Source of the DNA: Dehalococcoidia bacterium
GTDB lineage: Bacteria; Chloroflexota; Dehalococcoidia; Lucifugimonadales; UBA1123
Direction of reading: 5' to 3'
Length of the DNA: 64,000 nt
Assembly: GCA_034420555.1 (NCBI GenBank)
Contig: DAOULF010000259.1
Location: 13,444 to 77,443 of the forward strand
Part shown: positions 44,726-54,307 of the stretch, one piece after another
How positions within the stretch are numbered: the first letter of the stretch is position 1
Layout of the letters: every line of letters begins with the position of its first letter
The notes under the pieces: model-generated
The model's database searches: none
Seen by the model: only the letters and a program-made list of their open reading frames with translations
What the model was told of the DNA's origin: nothing
Translations under genes and position numbers: made by a program

Positions 44726-46723
44726 CTATCGGAATCCGGTCCTGGACTCTCTCAGGTCGCGGTCTAGCCAGATGTAGGCCCACTTCGTGGAGTAGTCCAC
44801 GAAGGCCAGGATTCTCTCGCCATTGTGGTTCTGGACCCATGGCTGCCAGTAGTCGCCACCGAAGCCGGCGGGAATCTGAATAAGCGGAGCCAGTTCTAGG
44901 AAGCCGGTGTTCGCGGCCTTGATCCGGGCAATCTGCTCGTTAGACTCGGTCGCGGCCAGTACGTCCTCCCACATGGCGTGCCATTCGGGGTCGTTCAGGT
45001 TGGACCTGTTCCACTGGTGTCCGGCTCTGAAGTCGTTCAGCGCGTTCGGCCTTGCGACCAGTGCGTTGAACATGAAGTCATACTGCTTCTCGAACAGACG
45101 GCTCTGAATGACAGGGCTGTCCACGAGGTCCAGTGTGACCTTCACGCCGATGTCGTCCCAGAAGTCCACCGCTATCTGCGCTGACTCAAGCTCCAGCTCG
45201 ATGGTATTCCTGATCATCAGATCAATCTCGAAGCGTGTTCCGTCGGAGTCCAACGGGTATCCCGCCGCGTCCAGAAGCTCGCCCGCCTTCTCAGGATTGT
45301 ACTCGAAGTATTCCTGCACCGACTCCGGCTGGTCCTCCAGCGGTACGTAGTGGAGCGGCCACTCAGGAGACGACGGGAAGGCGAACAGGACCGCATCGCC
45401 CTCGTACAGGTTGTCCGCGAAGACCTGCCTGTCTATCGCCATGTTCATCGCGCGACGCACCTGGAGGTCGTCGAACGGAGGCTTGTTCATCGGCATCCAG
45501 AATATGTGCGCGCCCTGGAGGGGCTTGACCTTTCCAAGGTCAGGGTTCGACTCTTCGATGCTGGCCCAGTCGGAGGTCCGCACGTCTCTGAGTTTGTCAA
45601 TCTTGCCGGTCCTCAGGGCAGCCAGCCTGGCGGCTTCCTGCGGAATGATGATCTCTACTATCCCATCTATGAAGGGCAGCGCGTATTCACTGCCTTCGTA
45701 GTTATAAGTGGCCCACCAGTCCGGGTTCTTCTCGAACTCGGTCTTGCTGCCAGCCACGTATCCGCCCTCGACCGTCATCCACGGCCCGGTGCCGGACTGG
45801 TTCCAGGGATCGTCGGTGCCAAGCTCGATGGTCTCAGGAGGAGCGGCTATGAGGTAGGGACCCCAAGCGAACTCGTAACCCCAGAAAGAGACCGGCTTGT
45901 TGGTGTGGTAGGTAACCGTGTCGCTGACGCCATCACCGTCCGTATCGTCGCCGGTGACCTTATCCAGGAAGTCATGCCTGGGCCAGCGGCAGTCCTTGAT
46001 GCGTTCCATTTCGGCGACCAGTTCGTCAACTTCTACCGGCCTGCCGAATGTGGGATGCTTGTCCTGCCATCTGACTCCCGGCCTCACGTGGAAGCTGTAT
46101 GTCAGAGGGTCCGGCACTTCCCAACTGTCGGCCAGGGCTCCGGTGGCGAGCTTGTCCGTTCCGAATCCGAGTACCGGAAGGTACGTGGTCTCGCCGCTGC
46201 CGGATGGACCCTTATCATAGTCGCCCATCAGGAAGTTCTCGACCGAATAGGTGAGCATATGCTGGTTCTTGAACTCGCACATGTCCCACTTGGAGCCTGG
46301 ATCGCTCGCTGCCGCAATTCTCAGCTGCCCTCCGTAGGACGGGCCTGTCCTTATCTCGACAGCCTTCACGTCTTCGGGCCTCAGCTGCGTCATCGCGACC
46401 GGCGCGGCCTCGACCGCGGCCTCAGCCGCCTTCTTCGCGGCCTCTTCGACGGACTTCGCTATCTGCGCCTCTTGGGCCTTCAGGGCTTCCTGAACGGCCT
46501 TGGCCACTTCTTCAGAAGTAGCGCCCTGCTGCATCGCAGGGGCCGGGGCCGGTTGCGCCGCCTGCGCCTGCTGGACTGCTTGCTGGGCTGCTTGCGCCGC
46601 TATCGCGGCCACGTCCGGTGTCGGCGCTGCCGGAGCCGCCGGCGTATCACTTGCACACGCCATCAATGCCACTAACGCTATCGCAAGCGTCATGATGACT
46701 GCTACTGATTTCAGTTTACTCAA
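44726..46723 (-). CDS. ABC transporter substrate-binding lipoprotein, family 5 (peptide/nickel type)
   Basis: It has the lipobox ALMACAS, a linker of roughly 100 aa rich in Ala/Gln/Glu, and an SBP_bac_5-like body. Confidence 0.8.
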   Translation of the reverse strand: MSKLKSVAVIMTLAIALVALMACASDTPAAPAAPTPDVAAIAAQAAQQAVQQAQAAQPAPAPAMQQGATSEEVAKAVQEALKAQEAQIAKSVEEAAKKAAEAAVEAAPVAMTQLRPEDVKAVEIRTGPSYGGQLRIAAASDPGSKWDMCEFKNQHMLTYSVENFLMGDYDKGPSGSGETTYLPVLGFGTDKLATGALADSWEVPDPLTYSFHVRPGVRWQDKHPTFGRPVEVDELVAEMERIKDCRWPRHDFLDKVTGDDTDGDGVSDTVTYHTNKPVSFWGYEFAWGPYLIAAPPETIELGTDDPWNQSGTGPWMTVEGGYVAGSKTEFEKNPDWWATYNYEGSEYALPFIDGIVEIIIPQEAARLAALRTGKIDKLRDVRTSDWASIEESNPDLGKVKPLQGAHIFWMPMNKPPFDDLQVRRAMNMAIDRQVFADNLYEGDAVLFAFPSSPEWPLHYVPLEDQPESVQEYFEYNPEKAGELLDAAGYPLDSDGTRFEIDLMIRNTIELELESAQIAVDFWDDIGVKVTLDLVDSPVIQSRLFEKQYDFMFNALVARPNALNDFRAGHQWNRSNLNDPEWHAMWEDVLAATESNEQIARIKAANTGFLELAPLIQIPAGFGGDYWQPWVQNHNGERILAFVDYSTKWAYIWLDRDLRESRTGFR

Positions 46724-46854
46724 TTTCGATACCCCATCCTTTCCTATACCTTAAGCAACGTCCCTGAACGCTACCAAATCTGAGCTAGTCAATGATAGTG
46801 AATTTTGCTCTATGTCACAAGATGTCTCCCTAAAAGCCGTCACACCTGTACGTC

Positions 46855-47787
46855 CTAGTACCGACCACCCGCGGCGCCCCTGAGCCTTGGGTCGAGGAGG
46901 TCTCTGAGTGCGTCTCCGAACATATTCGTGCTGTACACTACAACGCTAAGCGCAAGGCCGGGCCACACTGCGAGCAATGGCGCTCTCAGCATATAAGACA
47001 TTGCAGCGCTGCTGAGCATACCGCCCCAACTCGGAGCCGGCGGAGGAACGCCGAGACCGAGGAAGCTGAGACCCGACTCGGCCAGCATCATGCCGGGCAT
47101 TCGAGTGGTGACCAGCACCAGCAGGAATGGCGCGACGTTCGGAAGAACGTGTCTCAAGAGGATCCTGGGAGTCGATACTCCGACAGCCTGCGAAGCCTCT
47201 ATGTAGGCGTTCTGCCTGATTCCTATGACGGCTCCCCTTACCGACCTTGATCCACCCAGCCCGTATTGTAAGCCCAGGATGAATACTATATTCCAAAGGC
47301 TGGGACCAACCAGGGCCACCAGCAATATCAAAAGTATCAAGTCGGGAAACACAAGCCATGCGTCAATGAACCTTTGCACGACAAGATCGAACTTCCCTCC
47401 AAAGTATCCTGAAGGAATACCAATCAGGCACGATACGATGAGCGAAGTGATACTTCCGATTACACCCACCAGCATGGAGATACGCGCGCCGTAGATGATG
47501 CGACTGAACATATCCCGACCTATGCTGTCGGTGCCGAGAAAGTGATCGAACGAGGGCGAGGAGAGACGCTCGAAGCGCGTAGTCGTCCCGTCTTCGTTCC
47601 TGATTTTCTGCTCGTTGAAGCCGTAAGGCGCGATGAAGTTCGCGAATACGCCGACAAAGAAGAATACCAGCACGATGACCGCGGAGACCGTGCCTAGCGG
47701 TTTCGTCCTGACCAGCCGCGTGGCGAAGTCGGCAAATTGATTGCGTCTCTCTCGGACTGGCGCGGCGCCTATAGTTGCTTGTGCCAT
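46855..47787 (-). CDS. ABC transporter permease (DppC/OppC type)
   Basis: It has an EAA-type loop (YIEASQAVGVSTPRILLRHVLPN) and six TM segments. Confidence 0.9.
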   Translation of the reverse strand: MAQATIGAAPVRERRNQFADFATRLVRTKPLGTVSAVIVLVFFFVGVFANFIAPYGFNEQKIRNEDGTTTRFERLSSPSFDHFLGTDSIGRDMFSRIIYGARISMLVGVIGSITSLIVSCLIGIPSGYFGGKFDLVVQRFIDAWLVFPDLILLILLVALVGPSLWNIVFILGLQYGLGGSRSVRGAVIGIRQNAYIEASQAVGVSTPRILLRHVLPNVAPFLLVLVTTRMPGMMLAESGLSFLGLGVPPPAPSWGGMLSSAAMSYMLRAPLLAVWPGLALSVVVYSTNMFGDALRDLLDPRLRGAAGGRY

Positions 47788-47802
47788 TCTTCCCGCGTAC
47801 CT

Positions 47803-48768
47803 CTAACTGTAACGAATCCTGGGGTCTAGCCAGGCGTAGCTTAAGTCGGTTATCAGAATGATGAGCAGCACGAACATGCTGAACACGAGCGTTACCCCTA
47901 TTATCACCGGGAAGTCTCTGAGGAAAGCCGCCTCTACGGCCAGCCGACCCATTCCCGGAAGACCGAAGATCTGCTCGATTATTACGGAGCCGCCTATTAC
48001 GACTGGCACACCGAGCGCAAGAACCGTAATCACCGGTATCAACGCGTTCTTGACCGCGTGCCTGAAGATGACGACTTTTTCTGTCAGCCCCTTCGAATAG
48101 GCGGTCCTGATGTAGTCCTCTCTCACGACCTCCAGCATCATCGTTCGCATCAATCTCATGTTGACGCCGTTGATGGCCATGCCCATGATGACTGCCGGGA
48201 GCAGGATCATCTTCAGATTCTCCCACGGATCTTCCCAGATATGGACGTAGATGATGGGCGGCGACCAGTTCCACCATAGCGATGGGAAGACAATCACCAT
48301 GATTCCTACCCAGAATGAAGGAAGGCTGATGAACAGAATGGCAAGACTGCGGAATACGTAGTCCACCCATGAGTCCTGTCGCACAGCCGAAAGTATCGCC
48401 ACAGGAAATGAGATCAAGATGGCGATCAATATCGCCAGAATTCCAAGCTCGAAGGTGACGGGCAACCTCTGTATTATCTGGTCCTTGACGTCAAAACCCA
48501 TGATCACCGCGTCGCCCAGGTCCTGGTGAAGTATCAGGTCTCTCCACCATCTGAAATACTGGATGTAGATGGGAACGTCAATTCCGAGTTGCTTTTCGAG
48601 TTCGGCGCGCAGCAGTCCCCGGTCTTCTTTGCCGGAGAGGTCCATCTGGCCGATCAGGACATCAATCGCGTCGCCCGGGATTACTCGCAGCGCGGCGGTG
48701 GTCAGAAGTGTGACGATTAGAAGGGTCGGTATAGTAAGAAGCAGCCTTCTTATTATGTAAGTGGTCAT
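47803..48768 (-). CDS. ABC transporter permease (DppB/OppB type)
   Basis: It has MTTYIIRRLLLTIPTLLIV and DYIRTAYSKGLTEKVVIFRHAVKNALIP. Confidence 0.9.
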   Translation of the reverse strand: MTTYIIRRLLLTIPTLLIVTLLTTAALRVIPGDAIDVLIGQMDLSGKEDRGLLRAELEKQLGIDVPIYIQYFRWWRDLILHQDLGDAVIMGFDVKDQIIQRLPVTFELGILAILIAILISFPVAILSAVRQDSWVDYVFRSLAILFISLPSFWVGIMVIVFPSLWWNWSPPIIYVHIWEDPWENLKMILLPAVIMGMAINGVNMRLMRTMMLEVVREDYIRTAYSKGLTEKVVIFRHAVKNALIPVITVLALGVPVVIGGSVIIEQIFGLPGMGRLAVEAAFLRDFPVIIGVTLVFSMFVLLIILITDLSYAWLDPRIRYS

Positions 48769-48783
48769 CTGACTATATCACCC

Positions 48784-49686
48784 TCATTTATCTACTCTGA
48801 CGCCCTTTTCTTCCAGAGCTGGAATCACGACGTTCACGGAATTGTCATCCAGACTCAGACCCCAAAGCCTGACCGTATCGCCTTCACCCAGACCTGACTC
48901 CAGCAGGGGTGAGATGTCCGTTACCTCATTTCGGGTGAGTTCTAGGTGGTTCAGACTGGAAAGCGAAGCCAGAGGCGAGATGTCGCTGATCTGATTCTTA
49001 GTCAGATTGAGAGTCTCCAGATTGGTCAGGCTGGCAAGGGGAGAGATATCCGTTATCTGGTTCTCCCAGAGATCCAGTTCAGTCAGGTTGGTGAGTCCGC
49101 TCAGAGGGGTCAAATCGCTTACGAGGTTGTCCTTCAATCGGAGATAAGTCAGGTTGGTGAGTCCGGCCACCGGTGTAACGTCGCTTATGGCGTTTTGGGC
49201 CATATCCAGACTTGTCAGTTTGGTCAGCCCAGCCACCGGAGATATATCGCTTATGGTGTTCTGGGACATATCGAACTTTACGAGATTAGTCATGTGTTCT
49301 GTCCCGGATATGTCCGCTATATACCACCGCTGATTCAGTTGAAATTCGGTGAATTCCGTCACATCCGCGATCATTATAGGCCCTTCGTCCTGTTTGAGAG
49401 TCGCCCTGACAGCATTCTCTACCTCCGGATCCGGGAAGATGACCTCTCCCTCAGCCGCGACTCGCTGCGGCCTTTCTTCCGTGACTGTCTTCTGGCCCGA
49501 CCTCTGCGCTCGCCGCGCGTCTTCCGCCACTTCTACCGCCAATGCCTGTTCCGCCACTTGCTGGGCCGACTCCTCCGCTTCTCCGCCTCCACCGCCACCG
49601 CAAGCTATAACGACAGCCGTAGTGGCGAAAACTACAACTGTGAGAAACCACAGACGAACCAACATTACCCTCCATAAGCCCTGCAT
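48784..49686 (-). CDS. leucine-rich repeat (internalin-like, 22-aa repeats) lipoprotein
   Basis: It has the lipobox VVIACGG and at least six LTNLTxLxLxxNxISDISPLAx repeats. Confidence 0.8.
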   Translation of the reverse strand: MQGLWRVMLVRLWFLTVVVFATTAVVIACGGGGGGEAEESAQQVAEQALAVEVAEDARRAQRSGQKTVTEERPQRVAAEGEVIFPDPEVENAVRATLKQDEGPIMIADVTEFTEFQLNQRWYIADISGTEHMTNLVKFDMSQNTISDISPVAGLTKLTSLDMAQNAISDVTPVAGLTNLTYLRLKDNLVSDLTPLSGLTNLTELDLWENQITDISPLASLTNLETLNLTKNQISDISPLASLSSLNHLELTRNEVTDISPLLESGLGEGDTVRLWGLSLDDNSVNVVIPALEEKGVRVDK

Positions 49687-49868
49687 TGCCGGGCAGTATC
49701 CTGATAACTGATTTTTTCGGGATAGCGTTCAGTGTTCCGCAATATATCCAATCTGCGGACGGGACAGACTATATGACAGACTATCTATGTTGTCAACCAC
49801 CATGACACTCGCCTCACTCATCGTATGATATGATTTCTGCCAACCATGATAGAAAAGGACCGACATCC

Positions 49869-50966
49869 ATGAAGATCACAAGCCTCACGATGGAAACCTA
49901 CCGCTGGAAGCGGGCCACTCCTATACGCAACGGTATGTACGTGTACCCCACCGCCGGTTTGAACGTAGTCAAGGTGGAGACCGATGAAGGCGCCACCGGA
50001 ATAGGTCTGGCGGGCGGAATCCAGGGGGCAGAGGAAATCGGAGCCGCCATTCTGGAGCACTTCGCTCAGGTTGTCGTCGGACAGGACCCCTTCGACACCG
50101 AGCGTATCTGGGATAACATGTGGCAGCCCAAGCTGGTCGGGCGGCGCGGGATTACCACCCGCGTAATCAGCGGCATAGACATCGCGCTCTGGGACCTCAA
50201 GGGCAAGATCACCGGCCTGCCCGTCTATAAACTGCTCGGCGGCTACACCAACAAAATGCCCGTGTACATCGCCGGCGGCTACTACGAAGAGGGCAAGGGC
50301 CTTGGCGAACTGGCTGAGGAGATGGTGACCGCCGTCGGCCTCGGAGCCCGTGCTGTGAAGATGAAGATCGGCGGCGCGCCAATCAACGAGGACGTCGAGC
50401 GCGTGCGGGTCGTCAGGGAGGCCATTGGCCCCGACGCCAGGCTCATGGTGGACGCCAACTGCGCCTATCGCCACTTCGAGGCGCAGGAAATTGCCCGCAA
50501 GATGGAGCCTTACGACGTGTTCTGGTTCGAAGAGCCGGTGAACCCTGACGACTATGAAGGACACAGGCTGGTCAGCCAGTCAACCACCATTCCCGTAGCC
50601 ACCGGCGAGAACGAGTACACGCGCTACGGGTTCAGGGAATTGATCGAGGGCCGCTGCTGCGACATTCTCCAGCCCGACGGCCTCATAATGGGCGGCGTGA
50701 CCGAGTTCATGAAAGTCGCCGCGCTCGCCCAGGCGCACGACCTTCTCATCGCCCCGCACGGCAACCAGGACGTCCATGTCCACCTCGTGTCCGCAATCCC
50801 CAACGGACTGACCGTCGAGTATTACAGCAACTCAACCGACCCTATGTGGGGACATATGTTCAACGAGACGCTGATGGTCGAAGATGGCCACGTCAGCCCG
50901 CCGGACCGCCCCGGCTTCGGTATCAGCCTGAACGAAGAGGCCCTGGCCCCACACAGAATAAGATGA
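49869..50966 (+). CDS. enolase superfamily enzyme (mandelate racemase / muconate lactonizing / acid-sugar dehydratase family)
   Basis: It has the N-terminal capping domain, KMKIG, the metal-ligand context MVDANCAY, FEEP, and ATGENE. Confidence 0.85.
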   Translation: MKITSLTMETYRWKRATPIRNGMYVYPTAGLNVVKVETDEGATGIGLAGGIQGAEEIGAAILEHFAQVVVGQDPFDTERIWDNMWQPKLVGRRGITTRVISGIDIALWDLKGKITGLPVYKLLGGYTNKMPVYIAGGYYEEGKGLGELAEEMVTAVGLGARAVKMKIGGAPINEDVERVRVVREAIGPDARLMVDANCAYRHFEAQEIARKMEPYDVFWFEEPVNPDDYEGHRLVSQSTTIPVATGENEYTRYGFRELIEGRCCDILQPDGLIMGGVTEFMKVAALAQAHDLLIAPHGNQDVHVHLVSAIPNGLTVEYYSNSTDPMWGHMFNETLMVEDGHVSPPDRPGFGISLNEEALAPHRIR

Positions 50967-51712
50967 GAATATCCATCGTCACACCCGTGTTCAACGATCC
51001 TCGTGTCGCTCGCGCCCTGGACTCCATCCTCTCGCAGCGACACGAGCATGAGTTGGAACTAATCGTCGTGGACGCAGGTTCCACCGACAACACAATGGAA
51101 ATCCTGGAGGGATACCGAGACAGTATCACCACCCTCATTAGCGAGCCGGATGATGGCATATACGACGGCATGAACAAGGGCGTCCGCCTTGCGACCGGAG
51201 ATATTGTCGGCATACTCAATGCAGACGACCGTTACGCCGACGAACTCGTGCTGCGCGATGTCCTGGAAACATTCTCGGACGGCGATACTGACGCCTGCTA
51301 CGGCAACCTCGTTTACGTTAACGACAACGACGAGATAGTCCGCTACTGGAAATCCGGCGGACATTCGGCAGGCAAATGGCGCTGGGGCTGGATGCCGCCC
51401 CATCCCACGTTCTTCGTGCGCAGAGGTATATACGAACGGTACGGAGTCTTCGACCTGGGATTCCCCATAGCCGCTGACTACGAACTCATGCTGCGCCTCT
51501 TATTCAAGGAGCGCGTCCGGGTAGAATACCTGGACCGGGTACTCGTAAGAATGGCCCTCGGAGGCGCGTCCAACGGCTCCGTATCGAATATAATCAAGGC
51601 AAATCAGGAAGTCGCCCGCGCCTGGCGCCGCAACGACTTGGGCGGTGGGTTCTTAGTCCCATTCCTGAAGCCTGCAAGCAAAGTGTTGCAGTTCGTCGGA
51701 AAACCACATTGA
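50963..51712 (+). CDS. glycosyltransferase family 2
   Basis: It has ISIVTPVFND, VVDAGSTDNT and NADDRY. Its ATG overlaps the preceding stop (ATGA). Confidence 0.85.
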   Translation: MRISIVTPVFNDPRVARALDSILSQRHEHELELIVVDAGSTDNTMEILEGYRDSITTLISEPDDGIYDGMNKGVRLATGDIVGILNADDRYADELVLRDVLETFSDGDTDACYGNLVYVNDNDEIVRYWKSGGHSAGKWRWGWMPPHPTFFVRRGIYERYGVFDLGFPIAADYELMLRLLFKERVRVEYLDRVLVRMALGGASNGSVSNIIKANQEVARAWRRNDLGGGFLVPFLKPASKVLQFVGKPH

Positions 51713-51736
51713 TCATGATTCATCAAGGATAAGTTC

Positions 51737-52696
51737 ATGAAAGTAGTCGTCACCGGAGCAGGCGGTTTTATCGGGCATCACCTTGTGAAGCGGCTCAAGT
51801 CCGAAGGCCACTGGGTAAGGGCCGTTGACGTCAAGTACCCTGATTTCGAAGAGAGCGCCGCGGACGACTTCATGCTCGCCGACCTGCGCCATTTCGAGAG
51901 TTGCCTCCAGGCAACCGACGGCATGGACGACGTATATCAGCTTGCGGCGGACATGGGCGGGATTGGCTACATAACCGCCAATCATGCCTTTCTCACGCGG
52001 AACAACACCCTCATCAACAGCCACATGCTGGAAGCCGCCAGGGTCTCGAAGGTGGGCAGGTATCTCTACACAAGTTCGGCCTGCGTGTACCCCAGCTTCC
52101 TTCAGGAGAGCGAGGACGTAACTCCACTGAGAGAGGAGGAGGCCGTCCCCGCCGACCCAGAAAAGGGATACGGCTGGGAGAAACTGTTCGCTGAGCAACT
52201 CGCAACCTACTACCACGAAGAAGTCGGTCTCGACGTCCGCATCATTCGCTTCCACAACATATACGGACCGCTTGGCACCTACGACGGGGGTAAAGAAAAG
52301 GCTCCCGCAGCCATCTGCCGGAAAGTGGCCGTGGCCCCCGACGGTGGAAGCATCGAGGTGTGGGGTGACGGCGAGCAGACCCGAAGTTTCTGCTACATAG
52401 CCGACTGCGTAGAGGGCCTCCGCCGCATCATGGAGTCGGGCTATACCAGGCCCGTCAACCTCGGCACGGAGGAGTTGATTACCGTGAACGAACTGGTTGA
52501 CGCGGTCTGCTCCGCCGCGGGCAAGACCCTAACCAAGCAACACGACCTCACCAAGCCCCAGGGCGTCCGTGGGCGCAACAGCGACAACACCATCCTGGCC
52601 GAGGTCATAGGCTGGCAGCCCGAAATCCGGGTCGCGGAGGGAATCAAGTACACCTACGACTGGATAGCCGGCGAAGTCTCCCGGAATGGGGCCTGA
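51737..52696 (+). CDS. NAD-dependent epimerase, GDP-mannose 3,5-epimerase-like
   Basis: It has VVVTGAGGFIGHHL, AADMGGIGYI..NH, SSACVYP, YGWEKL and FHNIYGPLGTYDGGKEKAPAAICRK. These closely parallel plant and bacterial GME as I recall it. Confidence 0.75.
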   Translation: MKVVVTGAGGFIGHHLVKRLKSEGHWVRAVDVKYPDFEESAADDFMLADLRHFESCLQATDGMDDVYQLAADMGGIGYITANHAFLTRNNTLINSHMLEAARVSKVGRYLYTSSACVYPSFLQESEDVTPLREEEAVPADPEKGYGWEKLFAEQLATYYHEEVGLDVRIIRFHNIYGPLGTYDGGKEKAPAAICRKVAVAPDGGSIEVWGDGEQTRSFCYIADCVEGLRRIMESGYTRPVNLGTEELITVNELVDAVCSAAGKTLTKQHDLTKPQGVRGRNSDNTILAEVIGWQPEIRVAEGIKYTYDWIAGEVSRNGA

Positions 52697-52707
52697 GTTG
52701 ATACTGC

Positions 52708-54261
52708 ATGAAATACGACACAGTCATAATTGGCGCGGGTTCCGCCGGATGCGTGCTCGCCTCTCGCCTTAGCGAAGACCGCAACCGTTCGGTCCTGCTC
52801 CTGGAAGCGGGCCCCGACTACCCGGACTTCGATACTCTGCCCGGCCAGATCAAGTATGGCGTGCGTGCCTGGTATGAGTCCTACGACCCCATGGCGCACA
52901 CCTGGGAATACGAAGCCCGCGCCTCGGATGACAGGGAACCCTTCAACCTGCCGCGAGGCAAGGTGACCGGCGGATCGAGCGCCATCAACGGCCAGATATG
53001 GTTCCGGGGAATCCCCGAGGACTTCGACGAGTGGGCGAGCCTGGGCAATGACGAATGGGACTTCCTCGGCGTCCTCCCCTACTTCCGCAAGTCCGAAACC
53101 GACCTGGACTTTCCGGGCGACGATTTCCACGGCTCGGATGGCCCCATTCCCGTCCGTCGCTACACTGACGACGAACTTCTGCCCAGCCCCAGGGCGTTCC
53201 TCGATGCGTGCGTCGCGGCGGGCTTTCCTCAAACCCATGACATGAACCATCCCGAATCCACAGGCGTAGGATTCTACGCGCTCAACCGCATAGACAACAT
53301 TCGGATGAGCACCGCCCTTACCTATCTGAGAATGGCGAGAAACCGGCTCAACCTGACATTGAGGTCCGATGTCCTGGTGCATCGGATTCTGTTCGAGGGC
53401 AATCGCGCAATCGGCGTCGAGGCGGAGTCCGGTGGAGAGGTTTTCAGAGTCGAAGCGGATCAGGTGATCCTGAGCGGCGGCGCGATCAACTCGCCTCAAC
53501 TCCTCATGCTCTCAGGAGTCGGCCCCGCCGGGCATCTTTCAGAGGTCGGCATTCCCGTCGTGGCCGATGTTCCCGGTGTCGGACAGAATCTGCGCGACCA
53601 TCCCGCTGTCTTCATGCACTACGAGAGTGAAGTCGAACTCCCTGAACGCCCTCCGCCTCTTCAGATTGGTATGCGTTACACAACTCCAGGCTCGCCCTTC
53701 CGCAACGACATGCAGATGCGTCCACTCCAGATACGGACTGAACACATACCGGTTGACTTCCATATCAGCGACGGGCATATTCCCACCGGATTCAGCATCG
53801 CCATGCAGAAGGCGACGTCCCAGGGCGAAATAAGACTGGCAAGCGCCGACCCGAGAAAGCAGCCGATTCTGGACTACCGCTACCTCACCGACCCATTCGA
53901 CCTGGAGAGGATGCGAGGCGCGGTCCGCCTGTGCGCCCGGATTTCCGCCATGCCCGAATACGCGCCCGCTCGCATGAATCGCCTCTCACCCTCGGATGAA
54001 GTCCTCGCGGACGACGATGCCCTGGACGCCTGGTTAAAGGCCAATGTGCTCACCCAGCACCACTCCTCCGGCACCTGCAAGATGGGCCCGGCTTCCGATC
54101 CGATGGCCGTCGTTGACCAACGCTGTCTGGTGCGTGGCTTCGACAACCTCATGGTGGTGGACGCCTCGATAATGCCCGACGTGATACGCGCCAACACCAA
54201 CGCAACCACCATAATGATTGCTGAGAAGGCCGCCGACCTCATCAGGGGACTCGCGCCCTGA
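52708..54261 (+). CDS. GMC family FAD-dependent oxidoreductase (paralogue 3)
   Basis: It has [50 protein letters not shown] and VDASIMP. Confidence 0.9.
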   Translation: MKYDTVIIGAGSAGCVLASRLSEDRNRSVLLLEAGPDYPDFDTLPGQIKYGVRAWYESYDPMAHTWEYEARASDDREPFNLPRGKVTGGSSAINGQIWFRGIPEDFDEWASLGNDEWDFLGVLPYFRKSETDLDFPGDDFHGSDGPIPVRRYTDDELLPSPRAFLDACVAAGFPQTHDMNHPESTGVGFYALNRIDNIRMSTALTYLRMARNRLNLTLRSDVLVHRILFEGNRAIGVEAESGGEVFRVEADQVILSGGAINSPQLLMLSGVGPAGHLSEVGIPVVADVPGVGQNLRDHPAVFMHYESEVELPERPPPLQIGMRYTTPGSPFRNDMQMRPLQIRTEHIPVDFHISDGHIPTGFSIAMQKATSQGEIRLASADPRKQPILDYRYLTDPFDLERMRGAVRLCARISAMPEYAPARMNRLSPSDEVLADDDALDAWLKANVLTQHHSSGTCKMGPASDPMAVVDQRCLVRGFDNLMVVDASIMPDVIRANTNATTIMIAEKAADLIRGLAP

Positions 54262-54307
54262 TTGGAAACCGCTCGCGCTCTTCATTTACTATTAACCTCA
54301 ATCCGGC

